Shown: positions 13,340 to 24,049 of the stretch, one piece after another
Layout: every line of letters starts with the position of its first letter
How positions within the stretch are numbered: the stretch's first letter is position 1
Assembly (NCBI RefSeq): GCF_009914755.1
Contig: NC_060947.1
Origin: the human T2T-CHM13v2.0 reference genome, Homo sapiens
Length of the DNA stretch: 64,000 nt
Reading direction: 5' to 3' (one strand)
Notes under the pieces: generated by a model
Seen by the model: only the letters and a program-made list of their open reading frames with translations
Database searches by the model: none
What the model was told of the DNA's origin: nothing
Program-made: the position numbers and the translations under genes

Positions 13340-13510
13340 GGCCTGTGTGACTGCAGGATAGTAGCTTGACCTTCCTGAGGCTGCTTTTTGTCTGTAAAAT
13401 GGGGATAACAAACCATCTCCTGCAGGACTGCTGCCAGGATGAAACCAGAGAGTGTATTATAAGAATGCTCAGTAGGTTTTACCCAGAGGAGGCCCTCACT
13501 AAGTAGCAGC
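13340..13510 (+). mobile_element. MIR fragment
   Basis: tgtgtgact...tctgtaaaatggggataac...ctcactaagtagcagc. Confidence 0.6.
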
Positions 13511-14169
13511 TTCTCTTCCTGCTGCTGCTGTTGCTGCTGTGTTGACTCAGCATTATTTGAAGGCTACACAGATGGCCTGGCCTGGGTTTTCATAAAATTG
13601 TGTTGATGGCATGACTTGCTGGCTCTCCGCAAGCTCATTTGAACCTTTTTAAAAATAGGGTCCCTGCTATATTAGGCAGGTCACTGCTTTGGTATGAAGG
13701 GACTTTTAGGGCCATGCTGATGAAGCATGGCTCAGGAGTGGCCACCAGTCAGCCATGAGTCAGGACCTCTTTGGCATGCTTCTTGCCAGTGTTTTAAAAA
13801 TGAGTCCACGTGGGAACTTTCTGTTTATTCTCAGGAACAGGAACAGATGGGAATTATGGGAAGGCCTTACTCTTTGCTGTGACACCTTATGTGGTCACAT
13901 CATCTCCTCTTCACCCTTCCCCATAGTCAGAGCCTGTGCCTCTACATGAACTTCAACAGGGGAAATGGGAACAGAAGTGCTTAGGGATATATTTTAAGGC
14001 TTGTAGTTTTATGCTTTGGGTTTACTTTCCTCTTAAACTTTATCTGTGCAGCTGAATACACTTTCTTTCCAGAACCACTTCTGGAAAACAATGTTCTAAT
14101 GCCAGGAATTCTGATTGGGTGCGTGGTTGAGTTGGTCCTGTGTACACAATTACAGCACATAAACCCATT

Positions 14170-14352
14170 AGTCAAGTGATGTCACCCTCTATGCCTCAGT
14201 TTTCTCACCTGTAAAGTGGGAATAATAATAATAATAATATCTCATATTATTGGTTGTGAGGGTTGTATTGGTTACTACAAATAAAGTGTTTTAAAGAGTG
14301 CCAGGTACACAGTAATAAATCCTGTAAGTATTATATTATTATTATTATTATT
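14170..14352 (+). mobile_element. MIR fragment with (AAT)n and (ATT)n tracts
   Basis: ctctatgcctcagttttctcacctgtaaagtgggaataataata...gtgccaggtacacagtaa...tattattattattattatt. Confidence 0.85.
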
Positions 14353-15175
14353 GGATTCTGCTTGAAATTGCCTTTTTTTTTCCGCTGTGTGTGTATGCGT
14401 ACACACTCCACTGGGCAGCTGGGTGAGTGTTTTGGAGGGGCTTATCTAAACTTAACATTTTTCCTTTGATCAGATGAGTGTCTGTTTTCCAAGCCCTTAA
14501 GTAGCAGGTGATTAGCAATTAACAATAACCAGGATTCTTCTTAACCTTTATTTAATGTACTGAAATTCTCCTTGCTTCAGTGATGTTTTGTGACTCTCCT
14601 CTCCCACAGCCTCCACAACTGTTCCTGGCCCCCAGACAATTTCTCCAGAGCTTCAGAAAGTTTTGGTTGAGTATACCATAGGAACATTAATTCCTGGGAC
14701 TTGCACAGAGGTGAAAAGAACCTCTTCAGCATTCTCAGCGCTATTTGTCCTCCACCTCTGTGCTCCCCTTCCTCCCCTGCCCCATTCACCAGATCTGTCA
14801 CTCAAACCAAGCCCTCCTCCTCTTTATCCTAGAAAATGTTGTGCAAGCCAACATCCAGTCAAAGCAGTTGGAGAAGTGAAAAAAGTTTAAGTCTGTGTTG
14901 GGGGTGGGGTGGGAGAGGGAGGGGGTTGTTGGTTTAGTCTCACAGTGTGGTAGAAAAGTAAGAATGGACAAGCTCCGATGGAGAGGGTTGAGGTGTTAGC
15001 ACTCTAACCCCATGCTGTATTCAGGAAAACATCCTCAGTGTGAAGAGAGCAAGGGCTAAGGGTTGTGTTCCCAGACTCAACCAGGATTCTCTAACCTCGG
15101 GTGGTAAAGCCAAAGGCTACCATCCTGCCCTGGTTCAGAAGTCACAGATCTCTCACCAAATATAAAGATGCCCAG

Positions 15176-15999
15176 TTGGGCTGGCTTCATGACCTTGCGA
15201 GCAGTGCTATAGTAGCTCAGGGCTCCATATTCAGAAAAGCCTCATGTGTGGGGTTTAATGCCTTGCATTTGCCATCTTGAAATTCTTAATCATCTTATCT
15301 TTGAATTTGTATTTGATAAATAGAGTTCAATGGTACTGTGGAACACAATAGCACTTGGGGTTTGGAGCATCAGTTTACTTGTGGTCCTGCCTTCTGCTGC
15401 CTCCCTTCTTCTCCAGAATGGATTCTTGGCCTATTGCTGTCCTGTCCCCATCCTGAGGCCCCACTTCTGTCCTCTGTTCTCATAGGGGGCCTGAGTACAG
15501 GTGCAGGAAGGTTGGGTCTGGGAGCATGCATCCTTCCCATCTCGCTGTGGGGCACAGCTGCAGCCACCTCTGCCCTGGGCTTGCAGTGCGTGCCATATTT
15601 GGTGGGAGACTTGGCAGGGGTTGGCTATGGGTTGGTATGACAAGTTTATGGAAAGAGGAGCTGTCTGGCCCAACTTCCCTGTCTCTGGCTGGGGCATTGT
15701 ACATTGGTCCGGCATCTGGTGGGAGGGTGAACTTGGCAGCCGGTGGGCTGTGAGTGTATGCATGCATGCACTAAGTCACAAGGTGGAGGCCCCCACAGCT
15801 TCTCCATGCCCAAGAGAGTGTGCTATTAAATAACAAATAAAAAACACCAGGATGGTTCAAAAGAAAGACTGCAGAAGAAAGCATGAAGCTTTGTACTTAG
15901 GATTTTTAGTGGCATGTTCTTTTTTTCTCTCTGTTTTTGTGTGAGGAGTCCTGCATTTTCATTTCGCGCTGGGTTTAATAAATTATGTAGCTAGTTCTG
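15176..15999 (+). mobile_element. MER45 (long B/C form) hAT-Tip100 DNA transposon
   Basis: 5' gggctggcttcatg...gtttaatgc...gccatcttgaaattcttaat. 3' ctgcattttcatttcgcgctggg...aaattatgtagctagttctg. Degenerate 8-bp TSD atgcccag (15168-15175) / gtgcccat (16000-16007). Confidence 0.85.
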
Positions 16000-16104
16000 G
16001 TGCCCATGTCTAAATGGTGTCCAGCTGGTTTTGGCTCACTCTTTCCCCAGGTCCCAGCTGGTGGCGAGGGAGAGGAAAGCATGGATGAGGCTCTCCTACT
16101 GTCA

Positions 16105-16275
16105 TAAGTTGCCAGCTGGGGAGGGACGCACATCAGTTCCTCTCATATGTCATTGGCCAGAACCCATTCTCATGGCCACATTTAAGTGCAAGGGACAAAA
16201 AAATGTATAGTCCAGTGGAGTCCAGGAGGAAGAGGTGAATGCCAACATTGGTGAGCACTGACTGTCTCTGCTGCA
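16105..16275 (-). mobile_element. MLT1 LTR fragment
   Basis: tcattggccagaac...tcatggccaca...tgcaaggga...ttggtgagcact. Confidence 0.65.
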
Positions 16276-16804
16276 TCCTCAATCCTGGTTCTCTTTTTGG
16301 TAATGACACTATCATCTGTTTAATCATGGAGGCCAGTCTTCTCATGCATCCTTATCCTTCATCTCTTTATGGCCAAGGTCGCCTCAGGCCTTCACAGTCT
16401 GATCTTTGCTTGTTCCTTTGATTTGTCCACTTCAATGCATTCCCACCTCCACCATCTTAGTCGAAGCTCCCATAGTCCCTCAGCGATTTCTAAGCATTTT
16501 GATCATGCACCACTATCATTAACACATTTTGAACACAGACCCCAAATATACATACTTTGTTTAGAAATACCATCTGTTTGCACCATTGTTTTTCTGAAGA
16601 TTTTTTTCTTTTTCTTTAGAATAATATATTTTTATATTTTTCTTCATACTGCCACAGATGCCCATCTCATGCATTTCCTGGAATATGAGCCTCCCATGCT
16701 GGCCCCTCCTGCTGATGATTATTGGCCTAGAAATCTACAACAGACTTTGAGTTGTCCTTTTGCTTTTGCTCTTATCCTCATCTAATTTCTTCCTTGTATC
16801 CAGG

Positions 16805-17590
16805 CATGCATTCGTATGCAAATAGTCACTAGGAGACCAGTGTGTGCCAGGCACTATCTTTGGCAATGGAATATACAAGACTGACAAAGTTCCTGCCCAC
16901 ATGGAGCTTACTCTGGTGGAGGTGGTTGGGACACAAATAAATAAAATAAATATGTCAGGTACTAGTGACTAGTGAGTCCTCCAAAAAAAAAATAATGCAA
17001 GGAAAGGGGAAAGAGAGTTAATAGAGATAGAAGTGGCAAGGTGCTCTTTTAGAGAAGACCTTGTTGATGAGGTGACATTTGAATCCTAGGTAAATGGAGG
17101 TTGAGGGCCACACATCATTCTGGGAAAGGATAATTGCATGCAGAGGGAACACTAACTGCAAATACCCTGCAGTGAGAACATGCTTAGCTTGGACATGGGA
17201 CAGCAAGGAGGGGAGGCCAGTGGGCTGGAGAGGAGTGAGCGAGAGAGAAGTGTTAGGAGAGGGGCTTGGGGAGCCAGGCAGAGGCCATCTACCACAAGAC
17301 CTTGTAGACCACAGTACAGACTTTGTGTCATTTTCTGAGGATGACGGGAAGACACTGAAGGGTCTTGAGCAGAAAGAGGACATGATCAATTTTACACTTT
17401 AGAAGAATGACTGGCTGCTGTATGGAAAACAGACTATGGAGGTAGGGGCTAGAGAATCAGTAGGAATGTCACTTGGGAGGTGGTTTCAGAGATCAGATGG
17501 CATGGACATCAATGATGGTGGGTTGAGTGAGGCTGGTGGCAGTGGGGATGGGGGAAGTAGTCGGATTAAGTTGTATTTTAAGGGTAGGGT
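16805..17590 (-). mobile_element. L2 (L2a-like) fragment
   Basis: tgtgccaggcact, acaaagttcctgcccacatggagctta, gaggtgacatttga, ggccagtgggctggag, ctggctgctgtatgga. Confidence 0.88.
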
Positions 17591-17629
17591 CAATTTTGAT
17601 AATTTCTTCTTCATACCCAAAACACCTTG

Positions 17630-18165
17630 TGATGGCTTTCTAGTGCCCTTTCTCGTGGAATAAAGTCCAAAATCATTAACAGGACTTACAGGGCCCTAGA
17701 GCCCCCCATGTCCCAGTGCCTTCCTACCTCTCCACCCAGCACAGTGTTCCTTCTTGGGCTCTGTATTCCAGCCCCTCTTTCTTTTGCTCAACCCACATAG
17801 TTCCCTCTACTGGAAATATTCTTCTCCTTCACCTGGTCAACGCTGACTCTTTTTTAGATCTCATCTTAATCATCAGTTTCTCTGAGGACAACTCTTTGAT
17901 CTCCCTTCTGCTAGATGGCACCTCTCTAACCTTCCTATTGCTGCTCTCCCAGTGCCACATCCTCACCCATTCTTCTTAGCTCTCCTTTACATTCCTTTGT
18001 GTGATTATGTGACTCTGTCTCCCCTAATAGACTGCAAACTTCCAGAGGGCTGCCACTCTATTGTTTTGGTGATTGTTCCTCCTGCCCCAGGGTAGTGCTA
18101 AGAGCATAGTAAGCTCAATTGCTATTAGTGCATGAAGATGCAGATGAGGAAGTGTGGATGGAAGA
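17630..18165 (+). mobile_element. L2 3' fragment
   Basis: ggaataaagtccaaa..., ctgtctcccctaatagactgcaaacttccagagggc, catagtaagctcaat. Confidence 0.75.
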
Positions 18166-18389
18166 AACAGAGAAGCTTCTTCAGGAGCACATGTGAATCA
18201 GTGTCATGGAGAACACCCTAAAATAGCTTGAGGGGAGAACACTTTCAAGAGTACTGACTCTAACAATTGGATTGGTGCAGGCTTGTGCCCTAATATTGAG
18301 TATAAGGTAGTGCAGCAATCTTACTTGAAGTCACAAGCTAACAAAGGACAGAAGCATACATTATAATTGGTGTTTTACTTATATCTCCA

Positions 18390-19508
18390 CTTGTGTGGGG
18401 CTGTGAGAAGAAAATAGTTCATTATTCCTTCTATTGCCTTATCAAACGCGATTTCTCAGATAGGTCTTTCTCACTCCTAGATGAAATCTCAGACTGGTCC
18501 CATAGGTTTTCAATCCCCATCAGTCTCCAGTGCAATCTAATTTCAATAAATAAAATGTCCCATCCAGTCTAACCTGAAAACTTCAATCTTTTATTTAATT
18601 TCAGGCACCTTCTTTCCCCATGCCCCATGTCAGCCTACCTCTGATTGGGATGTATGCAGGGGAGAGGAGAGAGAGGCCACAGTTGATGTCCTTTGTCTCT
18701 TTTTCTCCTTTCAGTGCCTGTTTCAGTTTCTAGCTACCATTTTCAGCCCGTCCATAGTTGATGCATAGGAAAGCTGAGTAGCCAGGGCAGGGAATCCCTT
18801 GCTAGATTGGTGCATTTATTACTCGCAAGGGAACATGCCAGTTCAAAGCTAACTCTTGTTTTGGTAGCTCTTATGGTCCCTCAGGGACTTTGCATTCCTG
18901 GGACTTTCTCACTAGTAGGCCTCTGATGAGGTTGAGCATCCTCTGGTTGGCTTCTCCCTCAGAGTCCTGGCTATGGGACAACTCATCCCTTGATGGGGCC
19001 AATCGCCCTACAAGTGGCCACTTTGGCAGAGCCCTCTTGGGATGGCTTGGTCTAGATCCCTTCCAAGGTCCACATCTGACTCAAGGGAAATGTGCATGCA
19101 TTCTTGACCCTCCAGCACTGGAAGTGCTGGTAGTTCCCAGAACATTACCTCTCTTTATGCTGCTTCTGGGGCAGCTGGGCAGCCACAGGCTCATACCTTC
19201 ATATTTCCCCAGGAGGCAGTTCGATGGCTGCCTTTATGTCCTTCAAGCTTCAGAGAGCATTGGCCAGGTTCTCATGTGTTCTCTTAAAGCCCTTGTCACG
19301 CAATTTAGGTGAAGAGGAAATACCCTATTTTCCTCAGTCACAGCGGTGGTGAACACCAGCACTGTAATCCCTCTCTCTCTCCCTTTAACTTCAAGTGAAT
19401 ATCTGGCTCCTCTTATATAGCCGGGAGCTGGGTAAAAGACATAGTTTCCTTATAATTTATCATCAAAAAAGTCACTTTTTAAGATTGTAGTTATTTTTTC
19501 ACCTTACA
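18390..19508 (-). mobile_element. Long ancient LTR, tentatively LTR78-like
   Basis: Minus strand starts TGTAAGG...aactacaatcttaaaaagt, resembling my recollection of LTR78. Minus-strand AATAAA at ~18590-18595. Left boundary uncertain. Confidence 0.45.
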
Positions 19509-19510
19509 TA

Positions 19511-19735
19511 AACTTTTTAATGAAGTGTGATATTCATATAGCAAAGTGGACAAATCACAAGTGTACAGCTTCATGAAGGCTCACAAAGTGAGCATGTGTG
19601 TGTAATCAACACTTAGATCAAAAAAGCAGAACATTCTCAGCACCCCAAAAGCCCCCTTGTAGTCCTGCCAGTCACTTCCCTTCTCTCAAGTGGAACCACT
19701 ATCCCAACTTCTTAAGACTACAGATTTATTTTGAA
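19511..19735 (-). mobile_element. Old L1 (L1ME-type) 3' end
   Basis: aagtgtacagcttcatgaa...tcacaaagtga...agatcaaaaaagcagaacatt...cagcacccca. Confidence 0.85.
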
Positions 19736-19767
19736 AACTAGGAACATTCTGAGAGTGAAAGGGGACA

Positions 19768-20120
19768 TGCAGGTACTTGCCCCTCAAAATGGCCCCCATG
19801 AATGCCTTCTCTTCCTGTAAACATATGCTATGGTTCCATTAAGATATGGTAACCATTCTTACATCCCATTGAATGTGGGCTGGACTCTGACTACTTTGAC
19901 CAATAGAATATTGCAGTATGATGCCTTTCCAGTTGTGGTCCAGTCTTGACCCTTAGTCTTCATGCGGAAAGTCAAGGCTACCCTGCTGAAGAGAGGGGCC
20001 ATATGAAAGGAACACTGGGCTCCAGACATGTGAGTGAAGAAGCCAATCTTGAATGTTCAGCCTTGTGAAGTTGTCAGATGACTCCTATCCCAGCTGCCAT
20101 CTGACTACAAATGCTGAGAT
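19768..20120 (+). mobile_element. MLT1 (F/G/H-type) LTR fragment
   Basis: aaaatggccccca...ttgaatgtgggctgg...ctttgaccaatagaat...cagacatgtgagtgaagaagcc...cccagctgccatctgactacaa. Confidence 0.8.
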
Positions 20121-20879
20121 TCTCACTCTTGGATCTTTTATTTTAACTGACTCTATTGGTTTTCAATTCAGAAAGGTCAACGAAGAAAATTCCCTTTGGC
20201 AGGTACAAATCAAAAGAAAGGTATATAAAAAAGAATCATAAAAGATTTAAGCATTAAAATATTTATTTTTGCATAGTTTAATCTTTTTCTGTTGGACTTC
20301 TGTCCCACATACCCAATCACAATGTGTGTGAGTAGAATAAACTATGATCTGAATAATTTACAAATGTTCTTAATTCTAAAAAATTAAGAATACCACTATC
20401 ACTGATGATAAATTAGCTTAGCATTTTCAAAGCAATGCATTTTACACTTATGTACTTATTTTAAATGATTTTAGAATTGACTTAAAAATAAAGGGAAATT
20501 TGTCACCCTTAGATCTTTAAGGAGAAAGTGGCTTTGGTCCCCAACTCCTAGAACCCATTCAAGTGCAGGCAATGTAACCACCTACCATGGAATTACTCAC
20601 TAACTCTTTTATTCTTTTCCCCAGATGTTTTCTCTCTCCTGAAATAAGCCTTGACTCTATTTGATCTGCAGAGCCTTGGCATGAAGAATATTTTATGTTT
20701 CTTCTGTGAAGTAAAAAGGCAAGTCTTGTTGACTGATGGTGATTAACCATAATAAAGATGCCTCAGTCATAACATGAACATTGAATATAGGATATCATCT
20801 GCTCAGAAGCAGACCCGAGTAATCCAAATGACAGACTGTGATATGAAGCTCAGTGATGCCAGGCTTCTGTGTGAAGACT

Positions 20880-20934
20880 CAGATGCTCAAAAAGTAACAG
20901 AGAAGCTCTAGAAAGGTTATTTGTGCCTCCATTA
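20880..20934. repeat. 55-bp direct repeat, copy A (partner 24414-24468)
   Basis: cagatgctcaaaaagtaacagagaagctctagaaaggttatttgtgcctccatta; 50/55 identical to its partner. Confidence 0.95.
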
Positions 20935-21226
20935 TGGAAACTTCTTCTGAGCTTAGGAGTAATGTTATGGGAGAAATGCAAATAAAGAGTGCCTGCTGTC
21001 TCTGTTCTGGTTCTTTCTACTTCCCCTCTGTCCTCCCAAGGTAAATAGCTGATGGGCTGCCAGACAAATACTTTCAGAGTACTCAAGGACAGAGCAGACT
21101 AAGAAAGGCTTAGCCAAAGCTGGACAGGGACCAATAATAGAATCATTTCTACTCATCCTTTGGAGAAGAGCCATTTCTCCTTTCTGCAAACTAAGAGTGG
21201 GTCTTTTGTTTGTTGGCCTTGACATG

Positions 21227-21513
21227 AGGTGGTAATATCTCTAGGTTTGACTCCCAATTTTTCTCTTGGAATTGAACCTTCTTTCATATAACTATTTTTT
21301 TTCAAAACAATATAAGAAATGCAGATTAATTAGAGGAGAAATAGGCAAAATAGAGACATGATATCAGCAATTATGGGATCTGTCCTTCCATATTGTCAAG
21401 TGTGAGATGCCATATCAATCTCTATTCACTTTTACTATTGGCATTTTGAATTCATGACAGTATTACTTGGAACTTTCTTTTATTTGAACTGCAGGACTTA
21501 TCATTTATCAATA
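21227..21513. repeat. ~287-bp direct repeat, copy B (partner 23058-23346)
   Basis: Aligns end to end with 23058-23346 at ~84% identity by manual count, with two 1-nt gaps. Confidence 0.97.
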
Positions 21514-21837
21514 TTTACACGCCTACAAAATGTGGCTGTAACAGGTCATATCCTAGGAAAGGAGCAATTTACATCCGAAGTTCATTTGGCATTTTATCAT
21601 TGGTTACACTTTCTAGAGGGCAGATAAATACTTTGCCAACACTGCATCAATGATTTGAAGCATTGTGATTGCTCAGGGTGCCTGTTGAATCATGTATATT
21701 TATACTCTATGACATATTTCACCTATTTTCCTCTAATACCTTGTAAGTAATTCCTTCTGAGAGGAGGGAATGTGTTCTGGAAGACGTGCCAGAAATGTGA
21801 AGAACATGGAAGTAAGGAAAAGGAAATGAATAAAATA

Positions 21838-22337
21838 TGTTTCAATTGTCTATTGCTATATAATAAACCACAGTGAAACTTAATCGCTCAAAACAACGAT
21901 GATTTATTATATTTCATGATTCTGTGGGTTGGTTGGACTTAGCTGGGCAGCTCTTCTGCTCTTTGTGGTGTTAGCTGAAGTCACTCATGTAACTGTAGTC
22001 AAGTAATGATAGGGCTGGAGATGTCAGTTTGGAAGCTTTGGCTCTTTTCCACATGACCTCTTTGCTTTGTTAGCTTGGACTCCCTTATAGCATAGTGGTC
22101 TCAGGGTTCTAAGAACATGAAAATAGAAGGTGCCAGACTCCTTAAGGGCTAAGTCAAATACTGTGGAATTAAACCACATCAATTTTACAGCATGTTATTG
22201 GTCCCAACAAGTCACAAGGCCATCATAGATTCAACAGTAGGAGAAATAGATTCCACTTAAGTGAAAGCAAGATCATGTACATTCAGAATCAGAAGAATAA
22301 ATAATTGACAGACATCTTTAGTGACAATTTACCAACA
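21838..22337 (-). mobile_element. MLT1 LTR
   Basis: tctattgctatataataaaccac...aaaacaacgatgatttatt...tcatgattctgtgggttgg...aagtcacaaggcc...atagattccactt. Confidence 0.85.
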
Positions 22338-22536
22338 ATGAGAAATTAAAAACTTAAAGAAATGGTAAAGAAACTTTAAAAAACAACACAGACATTGAAG
22401 AATATCAAAGAATATAATAAGAATATTCTTCAAATATTCATTCATTCATGTGTGCATCCTCAACATTTAGCATAGTGTCTGGCATATAGAAGACTCAGTT
22501 AATGATTGTTAAAAGCATGAATTTGATAAAGCTACT

Positions 22537-22973
22537 ATGGCAGAAACTGTCTATTAACTAAACTGATTCTTATTTTTTCTGGGCACATAGACAGATTATC
22601 CTTCCCATCCTCCCTTGTGGTAATGAATGGCCTGTAATTTCTAGTTGATGGAACTGAGTGGAAGCACTATGTCCACATCTGACTCATAGAAACCTATCAC
22701 ATGTTATTCTTCATTTCTTCATGTTCTTTTCCCCTTATGGATTCCTGGAATAGAAACAACCTCTGGGGTGACCTTGGAAGCCACTTTGAATATAGTTGAG
22801 CAACAAGATGGAAGGAGCCCAAATCCCTGAATCACCACTTGGAGGAGTCCCACCTGAATTGGAAAACCCATACTGCATGGTTATATTAGCAGTGAATAAC
22901 CTCGTTTGTGTGCAGCCAGGGAAATCTGGGCTTTTTTTGTTGTTATAGCAGCCAGTGTTATCTAAAACAACAC
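22537..22973 (+). mobile_element. MLT1 (I/J-type) LTR
   Basis: tggcagaaac...tcccatcctcccttg...caagatggaaggagccc...ccctgaatcaccacttggagg...ttgttatagcagc. Confidence 0.85.
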
Positions 22974-23057
22974 ATCTCTATTTCTCAACCATCCTACAGT
23001 TTCAAGGAGTACAATAAAGTTCAAATTTATTAGAATTGATATTGTAGTAATATGTAT

Positions 23058-23346
23058 AGGTAGTAACACCTCTAGGTTTGATTCCCAATTTTTCTCTTGG
23101 AATTGATTCTTCTTCTTGTATAGCTATCTTTTTTTCAAAATAGTGCAAGAAATGCAGATCAACTATAGGAGAAATAGGCAAAATAGAGACAGGATATAAG
23201 CAGTTATAGGATCTATCCTTCCATATTGTCAAATATGAGATGTCATACCAATCCTTGTTCACTTTTACTATTGGCATTCTGAATCCATGACCATACCACT
23301 TAGAAGTTTCTCTTATAAGAACTACAGAACTTATCACTTATCAATA
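23058..23346. repeat. ~289-bp direct repeat, copy B' (carries the open 111-codon minus-strand frame 23002-23337)
   Basis: Aligns with 21227-21513. No stop codons in this copy; the partner has several. Confidence 0.97.
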
Positions 23347-23414
23347 GTTGACAAGTAATAACTTATCATTTATCACTCTAGTTGATACAGTGAAACATAT
23401 GCTTAGAACCACAC

Positions 23415-24049
23415 TGTGGTAGACAGACTTCTAAATGGCTCCTATTGATTCTCACTCCTTGGAATTCACATCCATGTATAATCCTCTTACCTTGAGTGTG
23501 AACTGGATCCAATGACTATTTTCTATCCAGTAGAATATGGCAAAGATGATGAGAGGTCAATTCCATGATTATGCTACAGAAGGTTGTGACTTTCCTTTTG
23601 CTAGCAGACTCTCTTTCTAGCTGGCCTTGATGAAGCTGTCATGACAGAAGGTTGTGACTTTCCTTTTGCTAGCAGACTCTCTTTCTAGCTGGCCTTGATG
23701 AAGCTGTCATGTTGGAAAGGCCTGTGTGGCAAGAAATTGAGGATGGCCTCTGAGCAATAGCCATTGAGGAACCGAGGCCCTCAGTTCAACAGCCCTTAAG
23801 GAATTGGAGTCTGCCAGCAAATATATATATATATATGAGTTTGGAAATGGATCCTTCTCCAGTTGAACCTTGAGATGAGACTGTAGCCTTGGCCAATACC
23901 TTGATGATAGACTCTTGACTCTAAAATAGAGGACCCAACTAAGCTGTGCCCAGATTTCTGATCCATGAAAATGGTGAGATAATAAACGTGTTGTTTTAAG
24001 CTTCTAAAATTTGGGGCAATTTATAATGCAACAATAGGCAACTAATACA
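23415..24049 (+). mobile_element. MLT1 (E/F-type) solo LTR
   Basis: tgtggtagacagacttctaaatggctcc...gagataataaacgtgttgttttaagc...actaataca. TSD cacac/cccac (4/5). Confidence 0.92.
23576..23711. repeat. Perfect 68-bp tandem duplication
   Basis: 23576-23643 is identical to 23644-23711 (acagaaggttgtgac...gaagctgtcatg). Confidence 0.98.

Larger units (their letters stand above)
20640..21515 (-). pseudogene. Decayed coding-like sequence of unknown origin (candidate endogenous viral element)
   Basis: No repeat family recognised. Overlapping minus-strand ORFs (20559-20750, 20850-21086, 20965-21225) plus a stop-disrupted copy of the 23002-23337 ORF. Only weak by-eye similarity to bornavirus L or retroelement protease. 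Confidence 0.3.

Noticed and set aside
13520-13540. Short interrupted (CTG)n tract
   Set aside because: Too short and impure to be unstable, and not in a coding context.
15338-15833. Cluster of six overlapping ORFs
   Set aside because: All lie in the GC-richer interior of the non-autonomous MER45 element.
16369-19312. 138-, 123- and 140-aa ORFs
   Set aside because: They fall in L2, LTR-like or low-complexity sequence and show no protein family features.
21515-21780. Short matches to bornavirus N (KELLTRY*RK) and G (TFPP)
   Set aside because: They are in different frames of the same DNA and only a few residues long. They show how easily by-eye matches arise, which is why the EVE call has low confidence.
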